Shown here: positions 13,481-27,859 of the stretch, in pieces
Numbering within the stretch: the first letter of the stretch is position 1
Layout of the letters: each line of letters starts with the position of its first letter
NCBI GenBank assembly: GCA_951406725.2
Contig: OX597823.1
Location: 39,494,001-39,558,000 of the forward strand
DNA: 64,000 nt
Direction of reading: 5' to 3'
DNA from: Octopus vulgaris
Taxonomy: Eukaryota
The notes under the pieces: model-generated
Seen by the model: the letters and a program-made list of their open reading frames with translations, nothing else
The model's database searches: none
Told to the model about the DNA's origin: nothing
Made by a program: the position numbers and the translations under genes

Positions 13481-14929
13481 ATTCTCTCATCAATAAGTTG
13501 TATTGCCGTGAGGAGACGATATGGAATTAGCACAAAATACCTCAACGGATTATAAACTCGAGATGTTGTCTTTAACAACAAATGTCTTTAAACTTTCTCC
13601 CAATCTTTCTGCTTTTCTTCTTTTCTTCTTCATTCCTTCTCTCTGTTCTTCCTTTCTTTTTCTCTCTGTTCTTTTCTCTCACACCAATTCCCATTACCCT
13701 CTTCTTTCTATACTACTCTTTCTTCTCCGTTCCCTTTTATCTTTCGGTCTGTCACCTCATCCTCTTATCTTCTTTATACCAACGCGCTTTAACTCATTTC
13801 TTGTTTCTTCTCTCTCCTTCATGAATCCTACTTTCTCATTCTTTTACTCTCTCTTTGTTTCTCTTCCTCATTTCTTTTTCTTTTTTTCCTCCCAATATCA
13901 GGGTTTCAATTCCAGAACCGGTCGATGCGTTCTGCTCTTGAGTAAAACACTTCTTTCCTCTCCGCTGCAAATGAATATCCCTCATGATGGACTGCTGTCC
14001 CGTTCAGTGGGTGGGGTTGAGATCAGAGTTACTTATACGCCCTGCAAACTGGATAAATGGTCCCATGACACCTAAGACTCGACACAGTATTGTCCCGGGT
14101 TGATGATGGCGATGATGATGATGATGATGATGATGACGACAACGACGATGACGAAGACGACGATGATGATGATGAGGAGGAAGAGGATGATGATGACGAT
14201 GATGACGATGATATATCCGACACTTTACATTATTTCTATCTCACCCTCTCTCACCACTTCCATCTTTTATTTTCTCTCCACCTCTCACCCTTCTTATTTC
14301 TTTTTTTTCCTCTCCCTAATTGCTCATGTACCATTTTCTTCTCTCCCTACAAACACCTTCACTTCTTCCATTCTTTCTTTTTCTCATACATTTCCCGTTT
14401 TCTTGCTTCTCATCTGTCTGTCTATCTGTCTGTCTGTCTCTCTCTGTCTGTCTCTCTGTCTCTCTGTCTCTCTTTCTCTTTCCTTCTCTCTTCGTGTGCA
14501 ACGCTTTTTTTTCTGCTTCCTCTCACTATCACTATCTACCTCTCTCACTATCCACTATCTATCTCTCTTTCAACAGCACTTTTAAAATCTTCTCTTCCGT
14601 TCATTTTATTTACATATATACACATTTATATATTTACTTTTGTCAACATATATTAAAAGAGTTTATTCTCCAGGATAACGTTTAAAATCAACCGCCACGT
14701 TGGGGTCCGAACCCAGCTGTGCTAGCATCCTTCACCATTATAATAACTAGCGCTTGCTAACTTGTCAAACACCAATGCAGAAGCGATCTTTGTTTGTTCT
14801 ATATCAAGTAACATCATGAAAATACAATTTCTCGGAGAGGTCTTCAAATAACCTATTTGATAAAAAGCCATAAAACGGTTGCTCGTAAGGAGTCATAGTT
14901 AAGCAGTAGCACAAACGAACGTACATCTA

Positions 14930-15316
14930 TACATACACACATTACATACATACATACATACGTACATGCATACATACATACATACATACATACATACATG
15001 CATGCATACATACATACGTACGTACATACATACAGATATATACACACAGGCATAAGTACTTACGCAATATTATATGTATGAACATATACACTTGTTCACA
15101 TACATGCTTATACATACACATACATACACACACACACAAACGCACACACACACATACACACACACACACACACACACATGTATATATATATATATATATA
15201 AACATAGATATGCATACACACACAAAAGTGCATATATACATACATATATATGCATATATATATATATATATATGCTTATATATATATATATATGCATATA
15301 TATATGCATATATATA

Positions 15317-15368
<52 letters not shown>

Positions 15369-15551
15369 TCTATATATGTATAAATGTATGTGTATTCATG
15401 TGTATACAGGTAGCTATATAATCTTTGTGTTTATCATACACAAACAGACATGTGTGCGCGCGCATACGGGTGTGCGCGCATGTGTATATGTGTGTGTGTG
15501 TTTCCGTGTGTTTGTACGCGGCTGTGTGAGTGCATAAGTCTAAGTACACAT

Positions 15552-15592
<41 letters not shown>

Positions 15593-15775
15593 GACGTTTG
15601 TGTATAGAGTAAATATAAGTAACGAGCTGACAGAAGATAAAGGCGTAAATTGTTGTGTGCATATCTAGACAACCTGAACATGATTATAATTATGTAGGTT
15701 TGTGTGTGTGTGTGTATGTATACGTAGACATATTTATGTATACAGACACACATACCCACACACACATATATATGC

Positions 15776-15822
<47 letters not shown>

Positions 15823-15906
15823 CACACATATTTACACACACATATATGTATATATATGTATATATGTATGTATAATACATATATAAATACATATTTGTGT
15901 GTGTAT

Positions 15907-15945
<39 letters not shown>

Positions 15946-16200
15946 AATATATGTATATGCATATGTATATATTTATATACATAACAAACACATGCACACA
16001 TGCACACATATATGCATACACACACATATATAATACATACATGTATATATAAATAAATATATATATATGTATATATATATATACATATATATATATATAA
16101 CCCATGCATGTATGGTTTTGTAATTATATATGATATGATGTCAGTCAGTAAGCTAGTCGACACATACATATACAATCATTTATATGTGTGTGCGTGTATT

Positions 16201-16231
<31 letters not shown>

Positions 16232-16550
16232 ATGCGTGTGTGTGTGTGTGTGTGCGTGCGTGCGTGTGTGTGTTTGTGTGCGTGCGTATATATTTAAATA
16301 CACACGCGGATAAGTAGATAACTATACGCACACATATTCCGATTGATATGTAAGCTTTAATATAGAAGCAAAATGGGTACCAAACACTCGCTGAAGTGCA
16401 CTCACGTCACACATACATACATTTCACACACACACACACACACACACACATACTTACACATAGGACATACAAGCATGTATGATAAAATAAAGGTAAAGGC
16501 AGGCAAACAACTATCATACTATGACATATATTTACAAGCATACATACATA

Positions 16551-16598
<48 letters not shown>

Positions 16599-16789
16599 CG
16601 TGCATGCATCCATACATACATATACATACATCTATGTATATTGCACAAACATGCATACATATATATACGTACATGCCTACATCCATCCATTCCTCCATAC
16701 AAAGATATGCATGCATGTAGGAATACAAACATGTATATATATATATATGTGCATACATATGTGCATCCATCCATCCATCCATCCATCCA

Positions 16790-16821
<32 letters not shown>

Positions 16822-17110
16822 CGTGCATGCATCCATACATACATATACATACATCTATGTATATTGCACAAACATGCATACATATATATACGTACATGCC
16901 TACATCCATCCATTCCTCCATACAAAGATATGCATGCATGTAGGAATACAAACATGTATATATATATGTGCATACATATGTGCATCCATCCATCCATCCA
17001 TCCATCCATCCATCCATACATACATACATACATACATACATACATACATACATACATACATACATACATACATACATACATACATACATACATACATACA
17101 TACATACATA
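14930..17110. repeat. Compound CA/TA/CATA microsatellite field with a 223-bp tandem duplication (~16540-16990)
   Basis: Cryptic unit tacgtgcatgcatcc...gtaggaatacaaacatg repeats at offset 223 (16600 vs 16823). Confidence 0.9.
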
Positions 17111-17437
17111 CTTCTTTCTTTCCTCTCCTGAGCGTCCAATAATACTATACTTGTTCCACGTCCTAGCGTTGTTGTATTTTCTCTTTGTGTTTTCATGTTT
17201 GGATTAACTTTACATACATACTCACATGAAGACGATTAGAAGTATAATTTCGTCAGTGGGTGAACGTGATGTGTAGTACACTTCGTGTCTCCTCTTTGCT
17301 CAGTTACCTAAAATCCTGATTTGGGAGTCGAGTGATGACGAAACAATATCCTCCACAGGGAAATGTTCAATTAAACGATCCCTTTCCGAATCTGTTTGTC
17401 AATCCTATTTTTTCATTTACCCATTAATTTATTCATT

Positions 17438-17770
17438 TGTGAAGGTGCGTGGCTTAGTGGTAATGGATATTCGGCTCAAGATCCTAATGTCGTGTATTCG
17501 ATACCCGGCGGCGCGTTGTGTCTTTGAACAAGACACTTTAATTTCACGTTGTTCCTAGTTCACTCAGCTTGCAAAAATGAGTTGTGCCTGTATTTCAAAG
17601 TGCCAGCCTTGTGTCACATTCTGTGTTATGCTGAATCTTCCTGAGAACTACGTTAAGACTAGGCATGCTCGTTGAGTGCTTAGCCACTTGCACGTAAATT
17701 TCATGAGCAAGCTGTTCTGTTGATCGGTTCAACTGGAACCCTCGGTGTCGTAACCGAATAAATGCCAGTT
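17438..17770 (+). mobile_element. tRNA-derived SINE family C
   Basis: ggcttagtggt A-box, ttcgatacc B-box, body gagaactacgttaag...actggaaccctcggtgtcgtaaccga shared with 32030 and 63335 copies. Confidence 0.8.
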
Positions 17771-17939
17771 ATTTTTTCATTTGCAAGATTCGAAATTCGT
17801 TCTGATAATATTTCGTTCATGATAATATTTCCATTTTGATAATGAGTCCAAATTGTTAAATTCAAAGCTAAATGAAATATTAGCCTATTTTATTATATTT
17901 TCCCGTTGCTTCGGCGAACCATTTCCACCTTGTGGGACT

Positions 17940-18420
17940 TAGTTTCAGTTTGTCAGACCCCCCAGTCATTTATACTCACATCCATCCTACCAGCCATTCC
18001 ATCTCTCGAACACCTCATCACCTTACTCTTAGCTACATTCACTTTCAGTTTCCTCCTCTCACACACTCTTCCAAACTCTACCACCCGTCTCCTCAGTTGC
18101 TCTTCCGAATCCATCACCAGTGCTGTATCATCAACAAACAACAACTGACTCACTTGCCATTTTTCTCCATTTTCTCCTCTACCAAGAGTTCTAGCAGTTA
18201 CCTCTCTCACCACATCATCCATATATAAATTAAACAGCCACAGAGACATCACGAAACCCTGTCTTAACCTCACCATCACATCAAGCTTACGTCACCACCC
18301 ACATTAATGCATGCCCTACTTTCTCTATAAAAAACTCTGAACAGCTCTCAACAATATACCATCTACTCCAAACAACCACAACACCTGCCACATTACACCC
18401 CGATCCAGTCGGTCATATGT
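17940..18420 (-). mobile_element. RTE-clade LINE reverse-transcriptase fragment
   Basis: LRQGFVMSLWLFNLYMD...LLFVDDTAL...LKVNVAKSKVM (RT motifs QG and F-x-DD). Confidence 0.85.
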
Positions 18421-18425
18421 CTAGG

Positions 18426-18476
<51 letters not shown>

Positions 18477-18856
18477 GGTAAATGGATATGTAAGTAAACA
18501 GATAGATAGGTACATTGGTAATACGGACAGACAAGCACACACAAACACAGACAAATATACAAATACATACACAAATGAAGACTGAAACACATGACCGTAT
18601 ACACACAAACACATTTCACACACACACACCACACACACATGAACACATATGGAGACATACATCCATACTTAAAAGACGCACATACATAGTCACACAAACC
18701 CATACACATAGACACAGTCAAACATGTGCATACGAGACAGAGGTATACACACAAATACTCACACACATACACACACACACACACACAAATACACAAACTT
18801 AAACACTCAAACATGGATATGCAGAATACATACATACATAAAAACGTACACACATA

Positions 18857-18899
<43 letters not shown>

Positions 18900-19786
18900 T
18901 ACGCATACAAGCATACACACACATACATGCATACTCACATACATACATAAATACATACATATATACACCCATAATACATACATATGTGTATACACATGCA
19001 CACTGACGCATAGACATGCGCGCCAAACAAACAAACAATCAAAAACAACGCAGCTCTGATAACGGACGGAGTCAACAACTATTGAAAAGGTTGCAAGACG
19101 CAACGAAAATTTTAGAAAAAAATAAGTAAGTAAATGAGTGGAAATCGAACCGGTGTGTGTGTTAAATAATAAGGCACTAAAAAAGAATGATTCTCCCGAG
19201 ACACAATAAATAATTATTGTTATACTTGTTAACCGGGGCCTGAATTTATCGCTGTACAGAGTCAGAACACCATTGTGGCCGTACAAGCGAAGCCTGTTAG
19301 AAATAGTTGCTAAATTTCCTCAAACCACTCTTCAATCGTCTTAAAAGTGAATAAAGAATACATTAGATATGGTAGTACTCGATCAGGGGTCGGTAAAAAA
19401 TAGGCCACGCCCTACAAGTGTTTGGACTTTGAATAGTGCTAAAGAATTTCAGATTTAACTTATTTATGGAGCATTGAGCAGATGATAACTTTTACATAGT
19501 GTCTAGGATCACGGTTTGTTAAAGTTTGGTTTACGTAAGCAGTGGGCCAATGATGGAAATTGAGGTAGGTGATATGTGAGGAGTATTCTTATATGTAAAA
19601 TATAGAAGTGGGTAAACGTAAAACAATATCAAAAGTGGAACATTATGAAAAGAAATTGCGCCAACATGGCTGTGTTGTTTAGAATCCTGCACGTCAACTA
19701 AAATTATTAAATTCTTCTACGAATTTCTAGCAAATATTATATACAATTAGGCAGAACTAGGTTTGAGAGATTTATATCCTTATCGT

Positions 19787-19910
<124 letters not shown>

Positions 19911-20011
19911 CAGAGTAATCAATTCTATGGTTATTAGCTGCCGCCATTTTATCCATATTTTGATCTGGTGTACATTTCACAAATATAACAGAAAACTTGA
20001 TACATATTTAA

Positions 20012-20422
20012 ACGCATAGGCATGGCTGTATGCTTAAGAAGCTTGCTTTGCAATCACGTGGTTTCGAGTTCAGTTCTTTTCTGCGGTACTTTGGCCAAGT
20101 GTCTACTACTATAGCCACGGATCGATCAATGCTTTGTGAGTGAATTTGGTTGATAGAAACTGTGAAATCTCATCGTATATGTGCGCGCGTGTGTGTGTGT
20201 GTGTGCACGAGTGTTTGTGTGTATGTGCGTGTAATTGTGCTTGTGCCTCACCACTGCTTGGGTTGGCTTGTTTACATCCCATAAGTTACCGATTTAGTAA
20301 AAGAGAGCTATAGAATAAATACCAGGCTTTTGAAAAGTAAATACACGGGTCGATTTGTTTGATGAAAGCCCTTCATAGCGTCGTTCCGCCATGGCTACTG
20401 CCCAATGACTGAAACAGGTAAA
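20012..20422 (+). mobile_element. SINE family A, diverged
   Basis: catggctgtatgcttaagaagcttgc head; ccatggctactgcccaatgactgaaac tail. Confidence 0.8.
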
Positions 20423-20467
20423 ATCTGTGTTCTAGACTATCCCTAAAAGAATGCCATTGATCATATT

Positions 20468-21252
20468 CTCCTTCTTAATCCTTTTCGCCCCTTGCGGAGC
20501 ACAGGGCCTCAACAGTTATTTTCCACTTTTTGCTGTCATTGGCGTGTTTCTTGGCTGCTTCCCATGTCAGGCCGGTGGTCCTGAGCTCGTCCAAAATGCT
20601 CCGCTTCCATATCTGCTTCGGGCGTCCTCGCTTCCTTTTCCCCTGCGGGTTCCAGTCAAGTTCTTGTCGTGTCACATTTGAAGGTTCTTTCCGCAGTGTG
20701 TGTCCGATCCATCTCCATTTCCTTCGTCTAATCTGAACATGCATGGGCTCCTGGTTGGCCCTTTCCCACAGGTCGGGGTTTGGCACTCTGTCGAACCTCT
20801 TTAGATGGAAGATCTGCCGGAGACATTTGTTGATGAAGGTCTGGATCTTCTTGTAGTTGCTGCAGGTGGCTCTCCATGTCTATCTTGGTAGCAAGATCAG
20901 CAAATCAGGTGGATCAGACGAGGACATCACGGCAAGAAGCAAGAAGGCTTGGCATGCCTTCGCTATTCTTCGGTCGGTATGGAACACAAGGCGGCGAGCT
21001 GGCAGAAACGATAGCACGCCGGGCGAAATGCTGAGCGGTATTTCGTCTGTCGTAACGTTGAGAGTTCAAATTCCGCAGAGGTCGACTTTGCCTTTCATCC
21101 TTTCGGGGTCGATAAAATAAGTACCAGTTACGCACTGGGGTCGATCTAATCGACTTAATAACCTATGTCTGTCCTTGTTTGTCCCCTCTATGTTTAGCCC
21201 CTTGTGGCTAATAAAGAAATAGGTATGGAAGTCCACTGCCATCTCAACTCGA
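20468..21252 (-). mobile_element. 5'-truncated RTE-clade LINE with inverted 5' segment and nested SINE
   Basis: Minus 20475-20879: TWRATC...IRRRKWRWIGHTLRK...WNPQGKRKRGRPK. Plus 20880-21252: YLGSKISKSGG...VW/KSTAISTR. 12-bp TSD attgatcatatt at 20456-20467 and 21253-21264. Confidence 0.9.
20985..21221 (+). mobile_element. SINE family B, Tx1-tailed subfamily
   Basis: Full head and core; tail gtctgtccttgtttgtcccctct...aataaagaaata; 9-bp TSD ggtatggaa at 20976-20984 and 21222-21230. Confidence 0.92.
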
Positions 21253-21706
21253 ATTGATCATATTAGGTATGAGCAATATGTTTTTTGATGTTTAACCCTA
21301 GGACTGACCTGGGCTTAAAAAAAACAGCAACAACGACGACAATTACTAGTACAACAACAACAACAACAACGCACGTACGCACGCACGCACATAACAAAAA
21401 CAACAATAACAATAGTTGCAACAGAAACACACACAACAACAACACTCATCTAACATCCTTGTAATTCTAAGATACCGGTTCTTCTCCTAGATCTTCTACT
21501 AAAACATCCCTAAACCTTTATTTTTATCTCCCGGAGACTACAACTTCCTTCCTGTCGGTCCATTTTCTTCGCCTCCCACCCCCAGTTTCAACCATTAACC
21601 TGCGTTCACCCAAACTAAATAGCGACTCCGTTAAGCATTCCTCCCGCTCTACACCCATACAAGTGGAGTGGCGGTTAGGGGAGTCAACTGGCCTTTCTCA
21701 ACACAC

Positions 21707-21752
<46 letters not shown>

Positions 21753-22002
21753 ACATACACACATACAAGCATGCACGCACACACACAAAGACACTCACAC
21801 ATGTACAGATACACACACGCGCACACACATACAAGCATGCACGCACGCATACACACAAACACACACATATATATATATTTATATATACACACATATGTAT
21901 TTGGGCTACACACACACACATACAAACACACACACACACACGCACACACACACTCACACACGCACACACACACAGACACACACACACACACACAAACACA
22001 CA

Positions 22003-22068
<66 letters not shown>

Positions 22069-23511
22069 AACATTTGTGTTTGTAAAATGTAACCTCGCCA
22101 GCATTGCTTCGTTTTTTGTCTTCTCCCTATGATCCCTTTCTGTCGTCTGATAAGGCTACAAATAGATCAACCCAGCTAAATGCCTCGGTTTCCTTGGTTA
22201 CACTGAGCTCCATGGAAACGAAATGTTTGTTTAGGTGGAAGTAACAACAACAACAACAACAACAACAACAATAATAGCCACATTGATGACAACAACAACA
22301 TCAACTACATCAGCACAAGTACATTTAATCAAGAGAATAAATAGTTGAGTGAAAGGTTTTATAAGGGACGGTATCCACGTTAGGGAGAAAGGGTCAATTT
22401 ATCGACAGGTATTAGTCAGGGGGCTTTTAGAGTGGTCTCTACTACGTCCGGCAATAATTGTTAATTTCTCTGTAACTACGATTGGATTCCATGGAAATCT
22501 CTGTCCGTGCACGTACACGCACACACACACACACCCGCACGCATGCACGCACGCACGCACGAACACGCATAAACACACATATTCAAACACACACACACAT
22601 ACACACACCTACTTATGTATTTATGTACATGCATATGTATATAATATATGTGTGTGTGTGTATGTGCGATTTATATATATATATGTGTATGCAGACAGGT
22701 ACATACATGCATATATATATATGCGTATGTGTGCGCATATGTATATCTATATACGTATATATGTGCGTATTTGCGCGTGTCTGTGATGTGCGTGCGTGCG
22801 AACGTCTGTGCTTATGCGCATGTGTACAGATCTGTGTATGCAGTGGTTATGGGCTGTCCATACCACAATTCCCATGATCGAAGTGCGTTTAGCAATCGTG
22901 TCATCGGAACCCAACATAATCAGAAGAATTTACCATTCCGCCCCACCCCCCCACCTCACTAAAGCACGGCATCTGATTTACAGAACTACAAAGACCAATT
23001 GTCACATAATACAAACATCGAATTGTTCGAAACTATTTAGTTTTCATCAGCTTAATTCCTATAACGACATCACCGCACAGTGTATTTTTTATACACCACA
23101 GTAGGTATGTATTTACGTGCGTTAAGCAAGATTAAAAGCTCATCGTTTAAAACGATCGTATAGCCATCCTCATAATTAGGCAAAGCCGACGACCGTTGGA
23201 GATTTTAATAAGAATACCATTTACGTTTAGTTTTCGGTTTATCACCTTGCGCTTTATGTGGTTGGCCTCAGATCAATTTGTTTTGACTAATAGTCACTAG
23301 AATTGCTACGTCAAAATTATTGTTTTCGAAATTAATCAAAATATGATGTCGTGTTAGGTTGAAGTGGGTATAAGATTCCTGTTCAGAACTGGTAAAGAAT
23401 GCAAGATGAACATTTTCTGTGAGAGAAATATTATGATACAGTGTTTGAATGTATAATTGACCAAATATTTGTAACTTTTACTTTCACTTTCGTTAAATCA
23501 AAATCAATACC

Positions 23512-23610
<99 letters not shown>

Positions 23611-24131
23611 GTTTTAAAAAAAGATGGGTGAATGTAGCAAGGATGGCACGTATGAATGACGAAGCCACCTTGAGCATAATCCTATGAACCCAGAAATTGA
23701 AAACAGAGGGTTACCCACTTGCAAACAAGTGTGGCAACATATAACAATATTGACCAAGGTTACCGTGGTCTTTTTCGTAGGCTTTTCTTCCCACGGATAA
23801 ACCTTACTTGCTTTCCCCTTTACACCATACATCATGACACTGTGATACACGATCCCTATTGATCGTTTTTTTCCTCTTTTTTCTTCTTTTTTCATTTTTC
23901 ATATCTTTTGTTCCTTTTCCCTTTTTTCTTTTTTTTTCTTTTCCTTTTTTCTTTCTTTTTTTGTTCTTTTTTCCCTTTTACGATCCCTTTTGATCGAAAA
24001 CCTACGCCACCTCTTTCCTTTTTTTTGTTTCTTTTGTTTTTTGTTTTTTGTTTTTTTCATCCCCCAAAAGAAAAGCTCTACCTTGTAACTTGTGCCATCT
24101 GTGTGCAGCCCTGTGTGGCCAATAAAGAAAC
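23611..24131 (+). mobile_element. 3' end of a second Tx1-like LINE embedded in (TATC)n
   Basis: Begins with FKKRWVNVARMARMN...stop, similar to the ORF2 C-terminus FVKRWKPVAYKMGM at ~43960; ends gccctgtgtggccaataaagaaac; (TATC)n on both sides. Confidence 0.7.
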
Positions 24132-24178
<47 letters not shown>

Positions 24179-24825
24179 CACAAACGTACATATATACTTA
24201 AATGCATCTTATATGGGTATACACAAACACACGTGTACACGCACACACAAACACGTCCATCTACTCTCTTTCTCTCCGTACACACACACACACACATACA
24301 CACACACACACACACATACACACACAATGAAAGAGGCGGAAGAGTAAGGGTGTTGTGTGTGTGAGTGTTAGTATGCGTGTGTGTATGTGTGTGTAAAAAC
24401 AACATCACGTCAATGCAGACCAATTTCTGGAGTTGGTAAATTCTTTTATTCTAACCTAATTGAAGTGATAACTACTGTTGATTGAGCATTGTGCAAACCT
24501 CAATAAGCGTTATTGTATGTACAACTAAATATTTCCTCTGTTTCGTCGCAGTTGTAATCTCATTGTTAACTGAAATTTCACATGATGCAGGCTCTGAATT
24601 AAAATAAGAATAACCAGTTTAAATGAAGGTTGACAAATTAACACTAAGAATTGAATGTGTGTGTATAAAGATAGATTTTAGGTGGCTATTTATACAGATC
24701 GTTCTTTCTTTCTTTCTTTCTTTCATCTCCCATAGTGACCTAGTAAGTGACGTCAGCTATCCGTAAGATTTCCCAGAAGGAATGTGTTTCATGTTTTCAG
24801 GGCCCATATTGAAGCATGTTTTATA

Positions 24826-24917
<92 letters not shown>

Positions 24918-26262
24918 CACTATCTGACGTACCCGGTAATTCCTGGAAAAGCAGCGCTTATCCCTTGGTCCCGTTCTTATAATTGTCTCTCTAATCCAAT
25001 AACAACAATACAAAGTATGTAGCTCTTAAAACGGTTTTTGCGCATTTACAGAAAATACTGAACTGTTTACATAGGATCTTGTATTTAGGAAAGCGCAATA
25101 AGTTGTGAATAACCAAATCATGAAGTCAGTTACGTAATAACATGAAATTAGTTACCGGATAGTAAGAATTGAATTAAAGTAGCCCGAAAAAGGCTTTAGT
25201 GCGTTCCTAGGGTATATAGAACTTAGGAGGAAATACCAATAATGTATGTATACCAAAATCGTGAAGCATGTTACGTAATAACAGACTAATCGGATATGAG
25301 ATAAAAGTTCAAAGTAAATAACTTTCAAAAGGGCTTTTGTCCGTTCCCAGAGAATATAAGCCTTAGGGGCGCTAGTGTTGAAATAGATTAACAATTAATG
25401 TAGGGACAGATGTACAAATAAACTTGCATACAGATTTTAAAATACAATAACATGTAGATTATCAATACATTTACAGCACTTCCAAATATTACAGTTAAAT
25501 AATAAATACCTGATGATTTGGTGAATCTTATATAAGTTTGCAGAGCTTCTTGATAAACATCATCTTTGGTCTTTCCTTGAGGGGCATAAATAAACAAATG
25601 ATTAGGATTGCCGAATCTTGGTTATGAGAGAAATCTGGTTCCGCAAGGTTCAGACTTACCACATCCAGGGACTGTCCCTGGGCCTTGTTAATGCTCATTG
25701 CAAAGCTCAGTTTCAACGGGAATTGCAGGCGCTTGTACAGGAACAAGGGAATAAGTGGAATTCTAAGAATGAATACAGGCTCTCTGCTTGCTTTACTCGT
25801 CAAAATTCTTGTCTCCAAGACTGTTGGCATCATCTTCTTTATTATAAGTCGTGTGTCATTGCGAAGCTTTGATGGATTGAGGTTTCGAAGCAGCATAATT
25901 TTGAGGTGCAAGTTGTGAGGCAGAAGGCCGGGTGGTGTTAGACTATTCAAGAATCCAACTGGATAATTCACAGCTTTTTCGATATTGAGTACAGTGTTAA
26001 TGGAATTGTAGATTTGACGCTCACCTGCCAACTATTCCAGAAGTTCGATGTTCAAATCATCAAATGCCACATTATTTGGGGTTAAAATGGCATGGGCTTT
26101 CAGGCAGTTGTGGTCTGTAAACAAATTCTTCAGGTTAGGAAGCACCTTATTCATTAGTTCCTTTAAATCAGATACCATATGTTCAGAAGGCAAGCTTTCT
26201 CGGCCATCCTTCTCGCCAACCGAAGTGCCTTTACCTTTTGGGGTCTCTAACACATGTACCAA
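24918..26262 (-). mobile_element. Helitron 3' portion with decayed PIF1-like helicase
   Basis: Minus ORFs 25528-26262 include AILTPNN, IMLLRNLNP and QFPLKLSFAMSINKAQGQSL; 3' hairpin at ~24932-24950; non-coding end homologous to 40510-40905. Confidence 0.9.
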
Positions 26263-26266
26263 TCAT

Positions 26267-26302
<36 letters not shown>

Positions 26303-26641
26303 TATTACGAGGTCATACGATCAATTGAGCTTCGGGTTGACCCAAACCTTGTGAATGAAATTTGGTAGGGGGAACCAATATTGAACAGCACATTTAATTT
26401 AAAAGTACTTCTTGTCATGCACACTGTACTACGACGATTCTGTCTCCGAGGGTCACATATAAGGGGGCACTTATATGTAGAGCACTCAACCGCTTAGATA
26501 CAGAAAGTTTAGTTGATCAAAACCAATAGAGGGTCATTTACTTGTAGCAGACGTAGTAGCTGTATCATGATGATCATCATCAACATCATCGTCGTCGTCA
26601 TCAACAGGAGCGATATTAATAGTAGTAGTAGTAGTAGTAGT

Positions 26642-26695
<54 letters not shown>

Positions 26696-26696
26696 T

Positions 26697-26798
<102 letters not shown>

Positions 26799-27664
26799 AG
26801 AGGAAGAGAAGAAGAAAAAGAAGAAGAAGAAGAAGAAGAAGAAGAAGAAGAAGAAGAAGAAGAAGAAGAAGAAGAAGAAGAAGAAGAAGATCGTTTCATG
26901 TCAGCCCTAATTGATTTACTTATAATTAACGGCATCCCAGCCACGACCATATCAGCTTTTTAATGGACAACAAAGTCCAATGTATCTATGCTGTCATAAG
27001 ACCATAGAATACAATTTGAAGGAAATTTTATTGCTATTTTTCGCAGGTCGAACCTACGCAGGGAAGCACTCATGTCACCAGTTATGTACCTGGGTGGACA
27101 ATTTCTTTTTTTTTGAAATACTCACCGACGTTGGTGGATGATTTTACCTTCCACAGTCAACGAACATACCTCTATGCGGTCGGACCACCTTCTAGAAATA
27201 GCAGCCAACAAGAACAACAATTTCATTGTTTATCTTTCTTTGAGTCTTCGATATATACCATCTTCTACTCTACAGAATTTGGCATGATGCCCAGTCGATA
27301 GAAATCGATAGCCTTCTTCTATCTCATTGGAACCACCATCATTTATTTATGTTATATATTACTAAACCATCTTAAGACACTCCAGGAACCACTCGCAGAA
27401 ACGTGTCGACACCTCCTCGACTCACTAACATAAAAAATAACTGCTCCGCCCCGCCATTGGAATTCTTTTTCACCTTGTAACAAAACCAAACATTTCAGAA
27501 GGAAAACCAGAATAACAGAATGAGATAACCTTGGTGCTATTCTACCTATTCTGACTGGGAAGTTGACGACGAATGGAGGTGGCGATAGAATGACTTTGAA
27601 TTAACACGTGCACGCGCATACACAGTCACACATAGACACACAAACACAAAAATACACACACACA

Positions 27665-27715
<51 letters not shown>

Positions 27716-27740
27716 ACACAGACACACACACACACACACA

Positions 27741-27809
<69 letters not shown>

Positions 27810-27859
27810 TTATATATTTCGTTTTTGTACTTGGTTTGCAACATTCTTTAATGAAGAAA

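Noticed and set aside
16519-17110. CRISPR-like or coding tandem array
   Set aside because: Only two units of a duplicated compound microsatellite; eukaryotic context, no spacers.
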